Shown here one piece after another: positions 49,149 through 58,576 of a stretch of 64,000 bases of DNA. Origin of the DNA: Candidatus Obscuribacteraceae bacterium. GTDB lineage: Bacteria; Cyanobacteriota; Vampirovibrionia; Obscuribacterales; Obscuribacteraceae. Below the pieces are notes generated by a model. The model was given only the letters and a program-made list of their open reading frames with translations, had not been told where the DNA came from and searched no databases. The translations under genes and the position numbers were made by a program. Location of the stretch: NCBI GenBank assembly GCA_044229845.1, contig JBGASG010000004.1, positions 433,827 to 497,826 on the forward strand. Reading direction: 5' to 3'. The first letter of the stretch is position 1. Every line of letters begins with the position of its first letter.

Positions 49149-50129
49149 ATGAACCAATACCTGCATTTCGCAGCCCCGGAGATTCTCTGGGGACTGCTTG
49201 CACTGCCCGTCATCCTGTTGGTGCTCGGAACCTGGCGCACCCCCTTCGAGGGGCGCACCCGTTTCGCGATCGCTTCCTCGATGCTGGGCGCGTGGCTGTT
49301 CCTGGTGCTGGCGTTCGCGCTTCCGCAGCAGCTCACCACGACCGTCACCCAGCACTGGGTGACGCGCACGATCAGCGCAGCGCTGGATGATTCGGGCTCG
49401 ATGACTCGCAGCTGGCCGCAAGGCAGCAACGGGTCGACGCTGCTCGACAGCTTCCGAAAGGAGCTGGCTGCCTTCATCCGCACCCGCACGCACGACACGG
49501 TCGGTGCCACGGTCATCGGCGACGATGCCGTGACGCTCGGTCCGATCACGCAGTCCGCCGACGTTGCCGCTAAGCAGGTCGAGGACTACAAGCCGCGCAC
49601 CGGCAACACCAACGCCACGCCCGGCTTGCACACGGCTGTCGAACAGTTCAAGGGCACCGCCGAGAAGGGGCGCGTGCTCGTGATCATGAGCGACGGCGAA
49701 GACGTGGAGATAACGCCCGCAAAGGCGAAGCAGCTCACCGACGAGCTGATCGCTTCCAAGGCGCGCATCTACATGGTCGTCAACGAACGCCCGATCGGCA
49801 CCATGTTCGACAAGGACCTGGTCGCCATCGTCAAGAACGCCGGCGGCAAGGTTCTCGTGGTCTCCAACCCCGAAGAGCTGTCGCAGGCGATGACCACCAT
49901 CGGCGGTGCCGAGGCTTCCGTTCAGGAGCCGCAGTCGACGTCGGTGGCCAAAGACGTGTCGGAAGTGCCGGCATGGGCGGCAGTCATCTGCCTGTTCATC
50001 CTGGCCGGCAGCCTGGCCTGGGGCTTCTACAGCACCCGGCCGCATTGCCCACCCGCCCCGGCTCGCCGCAAGAAGTGCGGCAAGTGCGGTGGCAAGTGCG
50101 GCGACGGCGGTGGCATCGGTCCCTACTGA
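49149..50129 (+). CDS. VWA-domain membrane protein (BatA-like)
   Basis: FAAPEILWGL N-terminus, MIDAS DDSGS, SDGE, C-terminal TM. Confidence 0.85.
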   Translation: MNQYLHFAAPEILWGLLALPVILLVLGTWRTPFEGRTRFAIASSMLGAWLFLVLAFALPQQLTTTVTQHWVTRTISAALDDSGSMTRSWPQGSNGSTLLDSFRKELAAFIRTRTHDTVGATVIGDDAVTLGPITQSADVAAKQVEDYKPRTGNTNATPGLHTAVEQFKGTAEKGRVLVIMSDGEDVEITPAKAKQLTDELIASKARIYMVVNERPIGTMFDKDLVAIVKNAGGKVLVVSNPEELSQAMTTIGGAEASVQEPQSTSVAKDVSEVPAWAAVICLFILAGSLAWGFYSTRPHCPPAPARRKKCGKCGGKCGDGGGIGPY

Positions 50130-50351
50130 CGAACCCGCCGACAATCGGTACGTTATGCGGCGACGGGCATCCACACCGGGTGCCCGTCGCGCGCATGCGG
50201 AGCCTCTCAGTTGAGTAAGCTCCGGCCAGTCACCTTCTGATTGGTCTCAACAAATACACGGTGCGGCTACTCCCGGACCGTGCAACCATCTCAAATCCCA
50301 CCCCTTGCGGACGCACAAACCAGACAGTCCGCGCATTTGATGGAGACTTGC

Positions 50352-50594
50352 ATGTTCGTTTCACCCGCCGCCGCCAGCTACATCGAGCGCCTCATTGCGG
50401 CCACGAAGCTGGTACCCGCCAAAGAGGCTTGCGCCGTGCTGACGCGCCTGTCCTCCTACCGCGCCGCCTTCGACAAACGCGAATTCGTGACGCCGGAAGA
50501 CATCAAGGAGATGTTTCCGTATGTCCTCGGTCGCGACGGCGCTGCCACCGAAGCCGGCACCATTCTCTCCACCGTGCCGATCTTGACGGCCTGA
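50352..50594 (+). CDS. Stand-alone MoxR AAA+ lid-domain-like protein
   Basis: GGAG RBS; FVSPAAASYIERLIAAT..REFVTPEDIKEMFPYVL aligns to the C-terminus of the MoxR at 54697..55743. Confidence 0.65.
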   Translation: MFVSPAAASYIERLIAATKLVPAKEACAVLTRLSSYRAAFDKREFVTPEDIKEMFPYVLGRDGAATEAGTILSTVPILTA

Positions 50595-50688
50595 CCGATT
50601 ACACCAACACCGCCCAAATGGCGGGAGTCGATCGCGCAAATGCGGTCGCTCCCTCGAGTACGAACACGTGTTTTTTTGGCCCTTATCT

Positions 50689-50705
50689 TACTACGCCATT
50701 TAATA
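50689..50705. other. ACTA-N7-TAGT family site (variant)
   Basis: TACTA CGCCATT TAATA, between convergent genes. Confidence 0.6.
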
Positions 50706-50729
50706 TATTTAGAGCGCAAAAAAGGCGGT

Positions 50730-50882
50730 CTTGGGGGTGCTGATTTTGGCCTTAGGGCAAATCAACAGAAGTGTTGATTTTCGAGATGAAACCCTCTCCC
50801 TGTGGCACTTTCATTAGCCTGCGAGCGCAGCGATCAACAGAAGTGTTGATTTGCCCTAAGGCCGATCAAGAGCACCCCCAAG
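50730..50882. repeat. MITE-like element with about 38-bp imperfect terminal inverted repeats
   Basis: CTTGGGGGTGCT..GGCCTTAGGGCAAATCAACA ... TGTTGATTTGCCCTAAGGCC..AGCACCCCCAAG; internal 20-bp direct repeat. Confidence 0.7.
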
Positions 50883-50951
50883 CAACCAGTCAGGAAGAAA
50901 CGGGGAGCGAATTCGCGCAGAATTCGCCCCCCGCAGTCAGTCCATAAAGTT

Positions 50952-52523
50952 TCAACCTTTCTTTTTTTCGTTGCCGCGGAAAAGCAGTCTGCGTCCGCGG
51001 TTGCTGATCAGCAGGTAGCCGACGACAAGGACAACTGCCGCGACGATGTTGAAGAACGTCGGGAAGAAACCCTGCTCAGCCGCCTGCGAGCCGAAGTCGT
51101 GCTCCAGCTCTTGATGCGACTTGCCGGCAATGTTGCGACCGTCCTGCACTTGATTGAAACGCTGCGTAGCCAGCTTGACGATGTACTCGTGCGCGGCTTT
51201 CAGCGCCAGATCTTCGGTGCTGCCCTGACGCGGTTGCACGACGACTTGATCGGGCGTGATGCCCTTGTCGAGTATGTCGCGACCGGACGGCGTCAGGTAC
51301 TTCATCGTGGTGATCTGCAGGATTGCCCGATTGGGCAGCTCAGTGTCACGGAACCCGACCGACTTGCCAAAGGACTGCTCTCCGATCACGAAGGCGCGCT
51401 TGTTGTCTTGAAGAGCGCCGGTCGTGACCTCAGACGCGCTGGCACTGCTGCCATTGATCAACACCACCAGGGGCGTGTTGTGCGCCCAGTTGATGAAGTC
51501 GACCATATGCGGATCCGTCATCAGTCTTTTGGCAAACGGCGGCATCGCCGTGACGTTGTATTCGATGACCTTTTCAGAGATACCGTCGCGCTCTGTCGTC
51601 TTGGTGATGTTGCCAGACTCGAGAAACAGCGACGTCACTTTCAGAGCCATGTCGAACAGCCCGCCGGAGTTGTTGCGCAGATCAAACACGACGCCCGTTA
51701 CCTCGCCCTTCTGCTGCATGTAAACACGCCGCAGCTGGTTGAGGAAATCTTCGACGACTCTGACGTCGACGAAGGTGGGCAGCCGGATGTAGAGGACGTT
51801 GCTGGGCAACATCCTGAGCGTGACGCGCTCTTGAATCGGCGGCGTCAAAGTCATCTGCACCTGGTGCTCTTGCCCGTCATAAACGGCGGTCACCATCATG
51901 GTGTCACCGGGTTGTCCGAGGAAGATGTCCCAGGCTTGATACTCGTCCAGCTTGTTGCCAACGGGCTTGCCGTTGACTGCGACCACGACGTCACCCTCCT
52001 TGAGCCCCGACACGAATGCCGGCGAACCCCAGGTGATGTTGTCGATATGCCATTTGCCGTCAGCATGACGGCGGATGATCACACCGGCCTGCACCATGCC
52101 CTGGGCTTCCATCTGCTTGTGAGCGATGGTCGTCTTCAGGCTCTGGTACTTGGTCCAGCGGTCACCGACCGTTTGCACAAGTTCGGTGATGGCAGCGTCG
52201 AGGTCTTCGTCGCTGTTCAGCTTGCCATTGTATTTGGTGGCGAGCTTGTCCCAATCTTGAAGCTTGGACGGGTCGATGTATTCGTCGGCGATCTGCTGCC
52301 AGACTTTGTGGTAGAGCGCCTCGCGCATGGCAGGCGTCGGTTCCACCACTTGCTGCCCGTTCGGACCGGCAAACGGGGTGCCGGCAGGCACCGCATCACC
52401 GGGCGGAAGGGTTGATTGGGAAGCGGGCGCCTGGGGAGGCGGCGCTTCCTGGGCGGTGGCCACAGCCAGCCAGCTCGCCGTGAGCAGCACCAGCAGCGCC
52501 ACCAGAGTTTTGGTCAGTTTCAT
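50952..52523 (-). CDS. Carboxyl-terminal processing protease (S41A, PDZ)
   Basis: Signal peptide, PDZ (GSPAFVSGLKEGD), DLRNNSGG, SASASE, GEQSFGKS, C-terminal TM. Confidence 0.92.
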   Translation of the reverse strand: MKLTKTLVALLVLLTASWLAVATAQEAPPPQAPASQSTLPPGDAVPAGTPFAGPNGQQVVEPTPAMREALYHKVWQQIADEYIDPSKLQDWDKLATKYNGKLNSDEDLDAAITELVQTVGDRWTKYQSLKTTIAHKQMEAQGMVQAGVIIRRHADGKWHIDNITWGSPAFVSGLKEGDVVVAVNGKPVGNKLDEYQAWDIFLGQPGDTMMVTAVYDGQEHQVQMTLTPPIQERVTLRMLPSNVLYIRLPTFVDVRVVEDFLNQLRRVYMQQKGEVTGVVFDLRNNSGGLFDMALKVTSLFLESGNITKTTERDGISEKVIEYNVTAMPPFAKRLMTDPHMVDFINWAHNTPLVVLINGSSASASEVTTGALQDNKRAFVIGEQSFGKSVGFRDTELPNRAILQITTMKYLTPSGRDILDKGITPDQVVVQPRQGSTEDLALKAAHEYIVKLATQRFNQVQDGRNIAGKSHQELEHDFGSQAAEQGFFPTFFNIVAAVVLVVGYLLISNRGRRLLFRGNEKKKG

Positions 52524-52615
52524 GTTTCTCTCATGCGAGAACGACGGGCGCGTAGTCCCGTCGTTTCTCCTTGGTTAGGTCTCGCCTCAGTGGGCGAGAG
52601 GCTGCTACATGTGAC

Positions 52616-53662
52616 TCACTGGGAAAGCCGGGGAATGATGCGCGCCAACTCTTGCAGCAGCGCAGCGGTTTCCTGGCCGGTCAAACGCGACTGTCCATAG
52701 ATCGAACGGTCCAGCTTGGCCAGGGCACTGAGGCTCAACTCAATGAGCTCGATGCCCAACTCGTGCGAGTCGAAGAAACGCTCCAGTGGCTGGCGAGCAA
52801 ACTGGGTGGCAATCGATTCGATCTCCAGATATTCACGCAACGCCGCCGAAATGAGCTTCAGCTGCGTGGGCGTAAATTCATCGGCACCGGCGCTTCCGCG
52901 CTGATCCATGACGTGGTCGATTACTTTCCAGGCACGCTCCGCGCGCGAGAGTTTCCTCTCTTCGCGGAAGTTGCACCAGAGCAGGTAGAGCATCCAGAGG
53001 GGGATGCAGAGCATGACGGCGCCGCCGGTGTATTCCAGTGGTTGTGACCACCAGACACGCGGGGTTACCTTCACGCTCATGTCACCGTTGAGCAGCTCTT
53101 TGCTGCTTTCGGTGGCGGTGCGCGACGTCGTGATCACGAAGTCGGGCGTCGTTGCCAGTTTCCACGCCGGGGTCGTGCCGTCAGGCAAAAGTCCTGTCGC
53201 GTAGTGAAACTGACAGTTGAACGTCAGCACCGTGTCCATCATCCAGCTGCGAACTACCAGCTGAATGATGGTGATGTGCTTGCCGTTGAGATCCCTGGTT
53301 GTCACCACCGGCGGCGCCACCATTTCGAATTTGGAGCCGTCTTTGTTGAGCGTCTTGTTGGCCAGGGCGCCCGTGTCCACCACGATCTCAGGGTCCGCGG
53401 ATATCACGATGGTAATCGGGATCGACTGACCCGTGCGATAGCCATAGTTGACGGAAGGTCCGTCTGCGAACCGCCGCGTGGTGGCGACAGTGATGATCAA
53501 CCGTCCCGCCTCCAGAACGCCCGTCACTGGATTTTCCAGGGCCGGCGCAGCTGGTGCGGGTTCAGTCGGGTAGGGTGGGCTGACATCAGCCAGCGCCGGG
53601 GAAGAAACGCCCAGCGCTAGAATAACTGCTGATGCCGCCACCAACAGGATTTTTCTGGTCAT
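52616..53662 (-). CDS. MxaA/BatD-like exported accessory protein
   Basis: Signal peptide, NYGYRTGQSI, TM and helical C-terminus; position after DUF58. Confidence 0.55.
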   Translation of the reverse strand: MTRKILLVAASAVILALGVSSPALADVSPPYPTEPAPAAPALENPVTGVLEAGRLIITVATTRRFADGPSVNYGYRTGQSIPITIVISADPEIVVDTGALANKTLNKDGSKFEMVAPPVVTTRDLNGKHITIIQLVVRSWMMDTVLTFNCQFHYATGLLPDGTTPAWKLATTPDFVITTSRTATESSKELLNGDMSVKVTPRVWWSQPLEYTGGAVMLCIPLWMLYLLWCNFREERKLSRAERAWKVIDHVMDQRGSAGADEFTPTQLKLISAALREYLEIESIATQFARQPLERFFDSHELGIELIELSLSALAKLDRSIYGQSRLTGQETAALLQELARIIPRLSQ

Positions 53663-53696
53663 CTAACCAGTCCTTTCTGTTGCTTGGTAGCCGTTG

Positions 53697-54653
53697 CTAC
53701 AAGGCACCGTGACCAGCAAATAGGTCTAGAACCCGCTCGATGGCGCTCTCCTCTTCCTCAGTGCTGAGGGCGATGAGGTCGCAACCACAGGCTTCGATGG
53801 CGGAGCGCACGGCAGCTTCATGAGCTTGCCAGTTCTCCGTCCACCTCTGCCTGGTGCGCGGGTTGTTCCACACCCATTTGCTTTCTCCACTGGCGTCCTC
53901 GATCCGGTAGAAATAACCCAGTCGTGCCAACCAGCCTTTGCCCTCAGAGCCCGGCAATTCACGCTCGCGACGGTCTTGCACGTAAATGCAGAGAACATCG
54001 TGGGTGAGGGACAGATTGCTGAGAGACTCCCAGTCTTGCGCGCTCATGTTCAGAAAGTCACTGATCACAAACACCAGGTGCCGAGAGTTGGGCAGGATGG
54101 AAACCGCCTTGGTCAGTCCATCTCCGGGGTGCGCGTCCAGGTGGGACGACGCGGAGACATCCGCTTCCAGAATTTCGACCAGGCTCGGTATGAGATTGAG
54201 CCGTGCCGGTCGCGTGGGCAGCGTTTCGTGCACAGTGTCACGCGTGAAGAGCGTGCATCCCACCTTGTCCCTGGTCTTATCCAGAGCGTAGTGAATCGAT
54301 GCAGCGACTTCGGCGGCGACACCACGTTTGGTGCTGCGTTCCGTGCCATAGTCCATAGACAGGCTGACATCAACGAAGATGTGCGCCTTGATTTCCTTGC
54401 GCTGGCGATAGATCGTCTTGTAGATCTCATCGTCGTCGCCGGCTTGGGCAGTGGCAACCCAGTTGATATGGCGTTCGTCGTCACCGTCTTGGAAGAGAGT
54501 GGTGCCGAGAAAGTCCAATCCGGGTCCGCGGCGCGTACCTTTGCGATTGCCGACGCCGGGAAACGGGTTGTCCGTCCGCCACGACACAGGTATCGCACAG
54601 TAAGCCACACGCTGGAGAATTGCTTCGATCTCCTGTTCAGTTTCTGCTTTCAT
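53697..54653 (-). CDS. DUF58 (MxaS-like) protein
   Basis: GPGLDF..GDDERHINWVATA, DVSLSMDYG, VISDF. Confidence 0.9.
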   Translation of the reverse strand: MKAETEQEIEAILQRVAYCAIPVSWRTDNPFPGVGNRKGTRRGPGLDFLGTTLFQDGDDERHINWVATAQAGDDDEIYKTIYRQRKEIKAHIFVDVSLSMDYGTERSTKRGVAAEVAASIHYALDKTRDKVGCTLFTRDTVHETLPTRPARLNLIPSLVEILEADVSASSHLDAHPGDGLTKAVSILPNSRHLVFVISDFLNMSAQDWESLSNLSLTHDVLCIYVQDRRERELPGSEGKGWLARLGYFYRIEDASGESKWVWNNPRTRQRWTENWQAHEAAVRSAIEACGCDLIALSTEEEESAIERVLDLFAGHGAL

Positions 54654-54696
54654 GGAAAACTCCTCCTTTGCAGACAGGAACCAGTCCCACTGCGGT

Positions 54697-55743
54697 TTAC
54701 GACTTCTGAGGGGCGTAGTCGCTCTCGTTGGTCGTCAGAAGAGGAATCCCACGCAGAGCAGTGATAATCAGCTTGTCGGGCGTAGTCGCCTTGCGCTGAA
54801 TAGCCCGCTGATGCAGGAAGAGCCGATGCCGAATGACGTCCTTGTAGACGTACTGGATGTGCTCCGGCAGAACATAACCCTTGCCCATGTGAAAGGCACG
54901 GATCTGCGCTGCCGCCATCATGCTTTGCAGGGCACGCGGGCCGCCGCCAATCTCGATGGCATCTTTGTAGACGAGACCCTCGTCGCCCGTGCGGGAAACG
55001 ATCAGGTCGAAGTGCTTGTCGCCGGGACGTGTTCCGCGAACCAGTGCCCTGATGTAGGCACGAGCGGCATCGGACACGAACGTCTCGCTGCCGATGCGTT
55101 GGCGCAGAGCCAGAATATCGGCGACGGTGACATGCGGCTGGATATCCTTGAACGGATCACCGCTTTTCAGCACTTGCTGATTGCGCATCAGCCGGTCCTC
55201 ATCCTCTTCCGACACGTAGCCCATGTCGATTTTGAAGAGAAAGCGGTCCAGCTGCGGTTCCGGAAGCGGGTAGGTACCTTCGCTCTGGCGCGGGTTCTGC
55301 GTGGCAAGCACACAGAAAAGGTCCGGCACACGGAAGGTCTGCCCGGCTATGGATACCGAGTTTTCAGCCATCGGCTCCAAGAGCGCAGACTGAGTCTGCG
55401 GCGTGGTGCGGTTGATCTCGTCGGCGAGCACGATGTTGTTGAACACCGGTCCTTTGACGATTTCGTACTGGCTCTTTTCGCGGTTGTAGATGCGGTTGCC
55501 TTTGATGTCGGCCGGCATCATATCCGGTGTCATCTGGAACCGCGCCCACGATGCGTCTTTGATGGCCCGCCCGAAGGCATTGGCCGTGACGCTCTTGGCG
55601 AGACCCCAGACAGCCTCCAGAAGCACATGTCCGCCCGGCGCGAAGAGGGTGTAAGCCACCTTCTCCGTCATCTCGGGATAACCGACGACAACCTTGCGAA
55701 CTTCAGTCAGAATCCCCTCGATGGGGTTGATAGTTTGAGACAT
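54697..55743 (-). CDS. moxR: MoxR-family AAA+ ATPase
   Basis: RFQMTPDMMPADI, LADEINRTTPQTQSALLE, ATQNP, GTYPLPEPQLDRF. Confidence 0.95.
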   Translation of the reverse strand: MSQTINPIEGILTEVRKVVVGYPEMTEKVAYTLFAPGGHVLLEAVWGLAKSVTANAFGRAIKDASWARFQMTPDMMPADIKGNRIYNREKSQYEIVKGPVFNNIVLADEINRTTPQTQSALLEPMAENSVSIAGQTFRVPDLFCVLATQNPRQSEGTYPLPEPQLDRFLFKIDMGYVSEEDEDRLMRNQQVLKSGDPFKDIQPHVTVADILALRQRIGSETFVSDAARAYIRALVRGTRPGDKHFDLIVSRTGDEGLVYKDAIEIGGGPRALQSMMAAAQIRAFHMGKGYVLPEHIQYVYKDVIRHRLFLHQRAIQRKATTPDKLIITALRGIPLLTTNESDYAPQKS

Positions 55744-55782
55744 TGTTTTGTCTCCTGTTGCTATTGCTGCGACTAGCAGACG

Positions 55783-56868
55783 TCATTTCGAATTGCTTCG
55801 AGTGGCGCGTCTGCGGGATAAGAAGCCGGTCGAGACCAGCAGGCAGATGAGGGCGTAAGCGGCGCCGGCCAGATATCTGTCCAGCAGGCGGCGTTCGAAA
55901 ACGACTTTCGAACCGCTGATTTCCGTCATCCAATCGACTTGCACCACCTGCGACTGCGCATCCAGTTCGATGTGCTTGTAAGTGGCGTTCGTCATTGCTT
56001 TCAGGTTGCGGATGGCGTCTTCTTCGTAGGACGTGGTCAAAACCTTCCCGTCTACGACCATCTCGCCCTTGCGGGCTCCATCGACGTAGAGAGGAATAGC
56101 ATTCTCGCCGGGCATACCGATGCCGACGATGACCAGTTTTACGTTTTCAGACTGGAGCCGCTCCACTGTTTTAGCAATGCCCTCCTGGTCGCCGGTGTAG
56201 CCACCATCGGTCAGGAGCACGATTACCTGCTGTTTGCCTTTGCTATCCGCCTGCTTGAGCAGATCTAGCGCCATCTCAATACCTTTGGCGTAATTCGATC
56301 CGTCACCAGGGGCGGTGCCGATGTCGACCCAGTGCTTGAGCACAAAACGCAGCGCAGCAAAATCTTTGCTGAGCACGCCTTGCGCGAAGCCCTGTCCGGT
56401 GTAGGTCACCAGACCTACCTCGTTGCCGGCGATGGCATCCATTATCTTGCCCATCTGGTACTTGGCCATTTGCAGGCGGTTTCCCCAGGGCGAGTTCAGG
56501 TCAGGCACAGGACCTGCATCTGTCGGCATGTTCTGCCGGTAGTCTTCGGCCGCCATCGAACGCGAGACGTCCACGACGAACACCGCTTGCACCGGTCCTT
56601 CCGGCACGGTGCTGGGCTTGTCGTTTTGATATGGCTGGGCCGTCGCCACGATCAGCATAGTGACGGCGACCAAAAGTCCACCGTTGTATGTGATCTCGGC
56701 GAATGCGGATGATGCTTTGCCGGCGTTTCGTCCATCCCGGCGTCGAAAGCGCGCGGGACGAAACTCCAGACTGGCAGCTCTCCTTGCGCGGTAAGCCGCG
56801 AAAAGAAGCAACGCCAGGATGGGAACGCCAAGCAACATCCACAGGTATTCTTGATGAGCAAAACCCAT
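55783..56868 (-). CDS. VWA-domain membrane protein (BatB/MxaL-like)
   Basis: DVSRSM MIDAS, RLQMAK, LLTDG, terminal TMs. Confidence 0.88.
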   Translation of the reverse strand: MGFAHQEYLWMLLGVPILALLLFAAYRARRAASLEFRPARFRRRDGRNAGKASSAFAEITYNGGLLVAVTMLIVATAQPYQNDKPSTVPEGPVQAVFVVDVSRSMAAEDYRQNMPTDAGPVPDLNSPWGNRLQMAKYQMGKIMDAIAGNEVGLVTYTGQGFAQGVLSKDFAALRFVLKHWVDIGTAPGDGSNYAKGIEMALDLLKQADSKGKQQVIVLLTDGGYTGDQEGIAKTVERLQSENVKLVIVGIGMPGENAIPLYVDGARKGEMVVDGKVLTTSYEEDAIRNLKAMTNATYKHIELDAQSQVVQVDWMTEISGSKVVFERRLLDRYLAGAAYALICLLVSTGFLSRRRATRSNSK

Positions 56869-56895
56869 GGGCTTGTCCTTTCTCCGTGGTTTCAA

Positions 56896-57534
56896 CTAGA
56901 TGGCGTTAGGATCGCCACCTTTGCCGGAGCCATCGGTGGGTTTCTCGCCCGGAGCTTGCTTGGGATCGTGCCCACCGCCTTTGCCGTTGTTGCCCTGCGA
57001 TTGGGCAAGTTCCGGACTTTGCTTAAACAGCATCTCCAGATTGTGGATGGCGACATAGGCTTGATCAGCCAGGCGCGCAATGTCCTCCGGTGAGAGGTTT
57101 TGCACTTCGCCGGGCATGGTGAGCGCGATCAAAGCTGGATCGAGAGCGCCGGGGTTCAAGCTGATAGACTCTTTGAAAGCTTTCACTGCATCTTCCGGCT
57201 TTTGCTTGAGAAGAAACAGGACAGCTTTCTTGCTGAGCGCCAGAGCGGCGATCTCGCTTGATCGGGGCGGGTAGATGAGCGACTCCAACCAGCCGGGGTT
57301 AGCGGCGGCGTTGTACTCGTCGAGGCTCTTGTCTAAGTCGAGCATCGCTTCGTCGAGTGCTTTGGGATCGTTACCCTGGTGCGCCTTTTCGAAGAGGTCC
57401 CGTCCCTGATTGTAGTACCGGACCTGCGGAGACTCGTAGTTCTCCACATAGTATCCGGCGCCAAACATACTGATACCCAGCTTGGCGATCATGAATGGAA
57501 CGAGCAGCTGGCGCCAGTTTTTAATCGGTTTCAT
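56896..57534 (-). CDS. TPR-like protein (MxaK/BatC-like)
   Basis: TM, YYNQG, AVKAFKESISLNP, AIHNLEML and Gly/Pro-rich tail. Confidence 0.65.
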   Translation of the reverse strand: MKPIKNWRQLLVPFMIAKLGISMFGAGYYVENYESPQVRYYNQGRDLFEKAHQGNDPKALDEAMLDLDKSLDEYNAAANPGWLESLIYPPRSSEIAALALSKKAVLFLLKQKPEDAVKAFKESISLNPGALDPALIALTMPGEVQNLSPEDIARLADQAYVAIHNLEMLFKQSPELAQSQGNNGKGGGHDPKQAPGEKPTDGSGKGGDPNAI

Positions 57535-57551
57535 TTTGGACTCCTTCCATT

Positions 57552-58559
57552 TCAGACGCGCTCTCGGGTGAAAGCAACGCTGACTATGAAGAGGGAGAAG
57601 AACAGGCAGGCCGCCAGACCGAAGTAGAACGAAACGTCGTGAAACGTCTCAGCCAGCTCGGTATGAACGGTCGACTTCTCCAGCTTGTCGATGGTGGCAA
57701 CCGCGGCGAGCATCTGCTGCTCGTCGGCAACCGCGAAGATCTGCCCGCCTAGACCGGCGACCAGTTGCTTGAGCGGTTGCAGCCTTTCCGCAGATGATTT
57801 CTCCGGATCGGTCCAGGTTTCGCCAACGCCAAGCAGGTATAGCTTGCCGCCCAGCGCTTTCATCTCGGCAGTCAACTCGGCGATGCGCTCCGCGGAGAGC
57901 GGTGCGTCGCCGTCGCTGATGAGAATCAAGACTTTGGTGTCTGCCTTTCCATACTCCTTCCAGTGATCGATTACCGACTGGATAGGTCCGGTCGGACCTT
58001 CGAAGTTGGTGCCACCACCCACGGTAGAACCGCCGATCAGCCGGATCTTTTGCAGAATGATGCGCAGATCGTCGGTCATCGGCCAGTGCATGTAGGTGTT
58101 GTCGTCGAAAATGGCAAGCCCAACTCGATCTCCCTGTCGGTGAGAAACAAAGAAGGCGGCCGCGCGGGCGGCGGCGTCGATGCGCCGGCCCTGCGCTTTT
58201 CCGTCGGCTCCGATAATCTGCGTGTCCATCGAACCCGAGCTGTCGACGGCGATGAAAATATCGCGCGTCAGCATGCTGCGGGTCTCGTGAACCAGCGGAA
58301 TCACCGGCTGCGCCAACCAGAGGTTGATTGAGAGCATCGCCAACAGAAACAGTCCCTGCGGGACCAGGCTGAGTGCCGGCAATCCCGGCAAGTTCTTCTG
58401 CACTTTCACCGTCGTCACCAGCTCCGCCGGCTGACGCCGGCGCCTGATGTACGTGACGGCAAGCGAGAGCACGCTCAGCCACAACATAGTCTTCGCCAGG
58501 AGCTGCACGCTCAAGATGAGCGTCGCCAGCTCGAGAAGACTCGTATAAAAGTGGTGCAT
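57552..58559 (-). CDS. VWA-domain membrane protein (BatA/MxaC-like)
   Basis: DSSGSM, RQGDRVGLAIF, GGTN, ISDG. Confidence 0.9.
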   Translation of the reverse strand: MHHFYTSLLELATLILSVQLLAKTMLWLSVLSLAVTYIRRRRQPAELVTTVKVQKNLPGLPALSLVPQGLFLLAMLSINLWLAQPVIPLVHETRSMLTRDIFIAVDSSGSMDTQIIGADGKAQGRRIDAAARAAAFFVSHRQGDRVGLAIFDDNTYMHWPMTDDLRIILQKIRLIGGSTVGGGTNFEGPTGPIQSVIDHWKEYGKADTKVLILISDGDAPLSAERIAELTAEMKALGGKLYLLGVGETWTDPEKSSAERLQPLKQLVAGLGGQIFAVADEQQMLAAVATIDKLEKSTVHTELAETFHDVSFYFGLAACLFFSLFIVSVAFTRERV

Positions 58560-58576
58560 TGTCGCACTCCTTCTAC

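Noticed and set aside
47544..50174. 876-aa minus-strand ORF (likewise 46031..47629, 30958..32715, 6826..8130, 39131..40957, 37776..38990, 51099..52415)
   Set aside because: Antisense shadows of real genes with strong GC3 bias; no recognisable motifs
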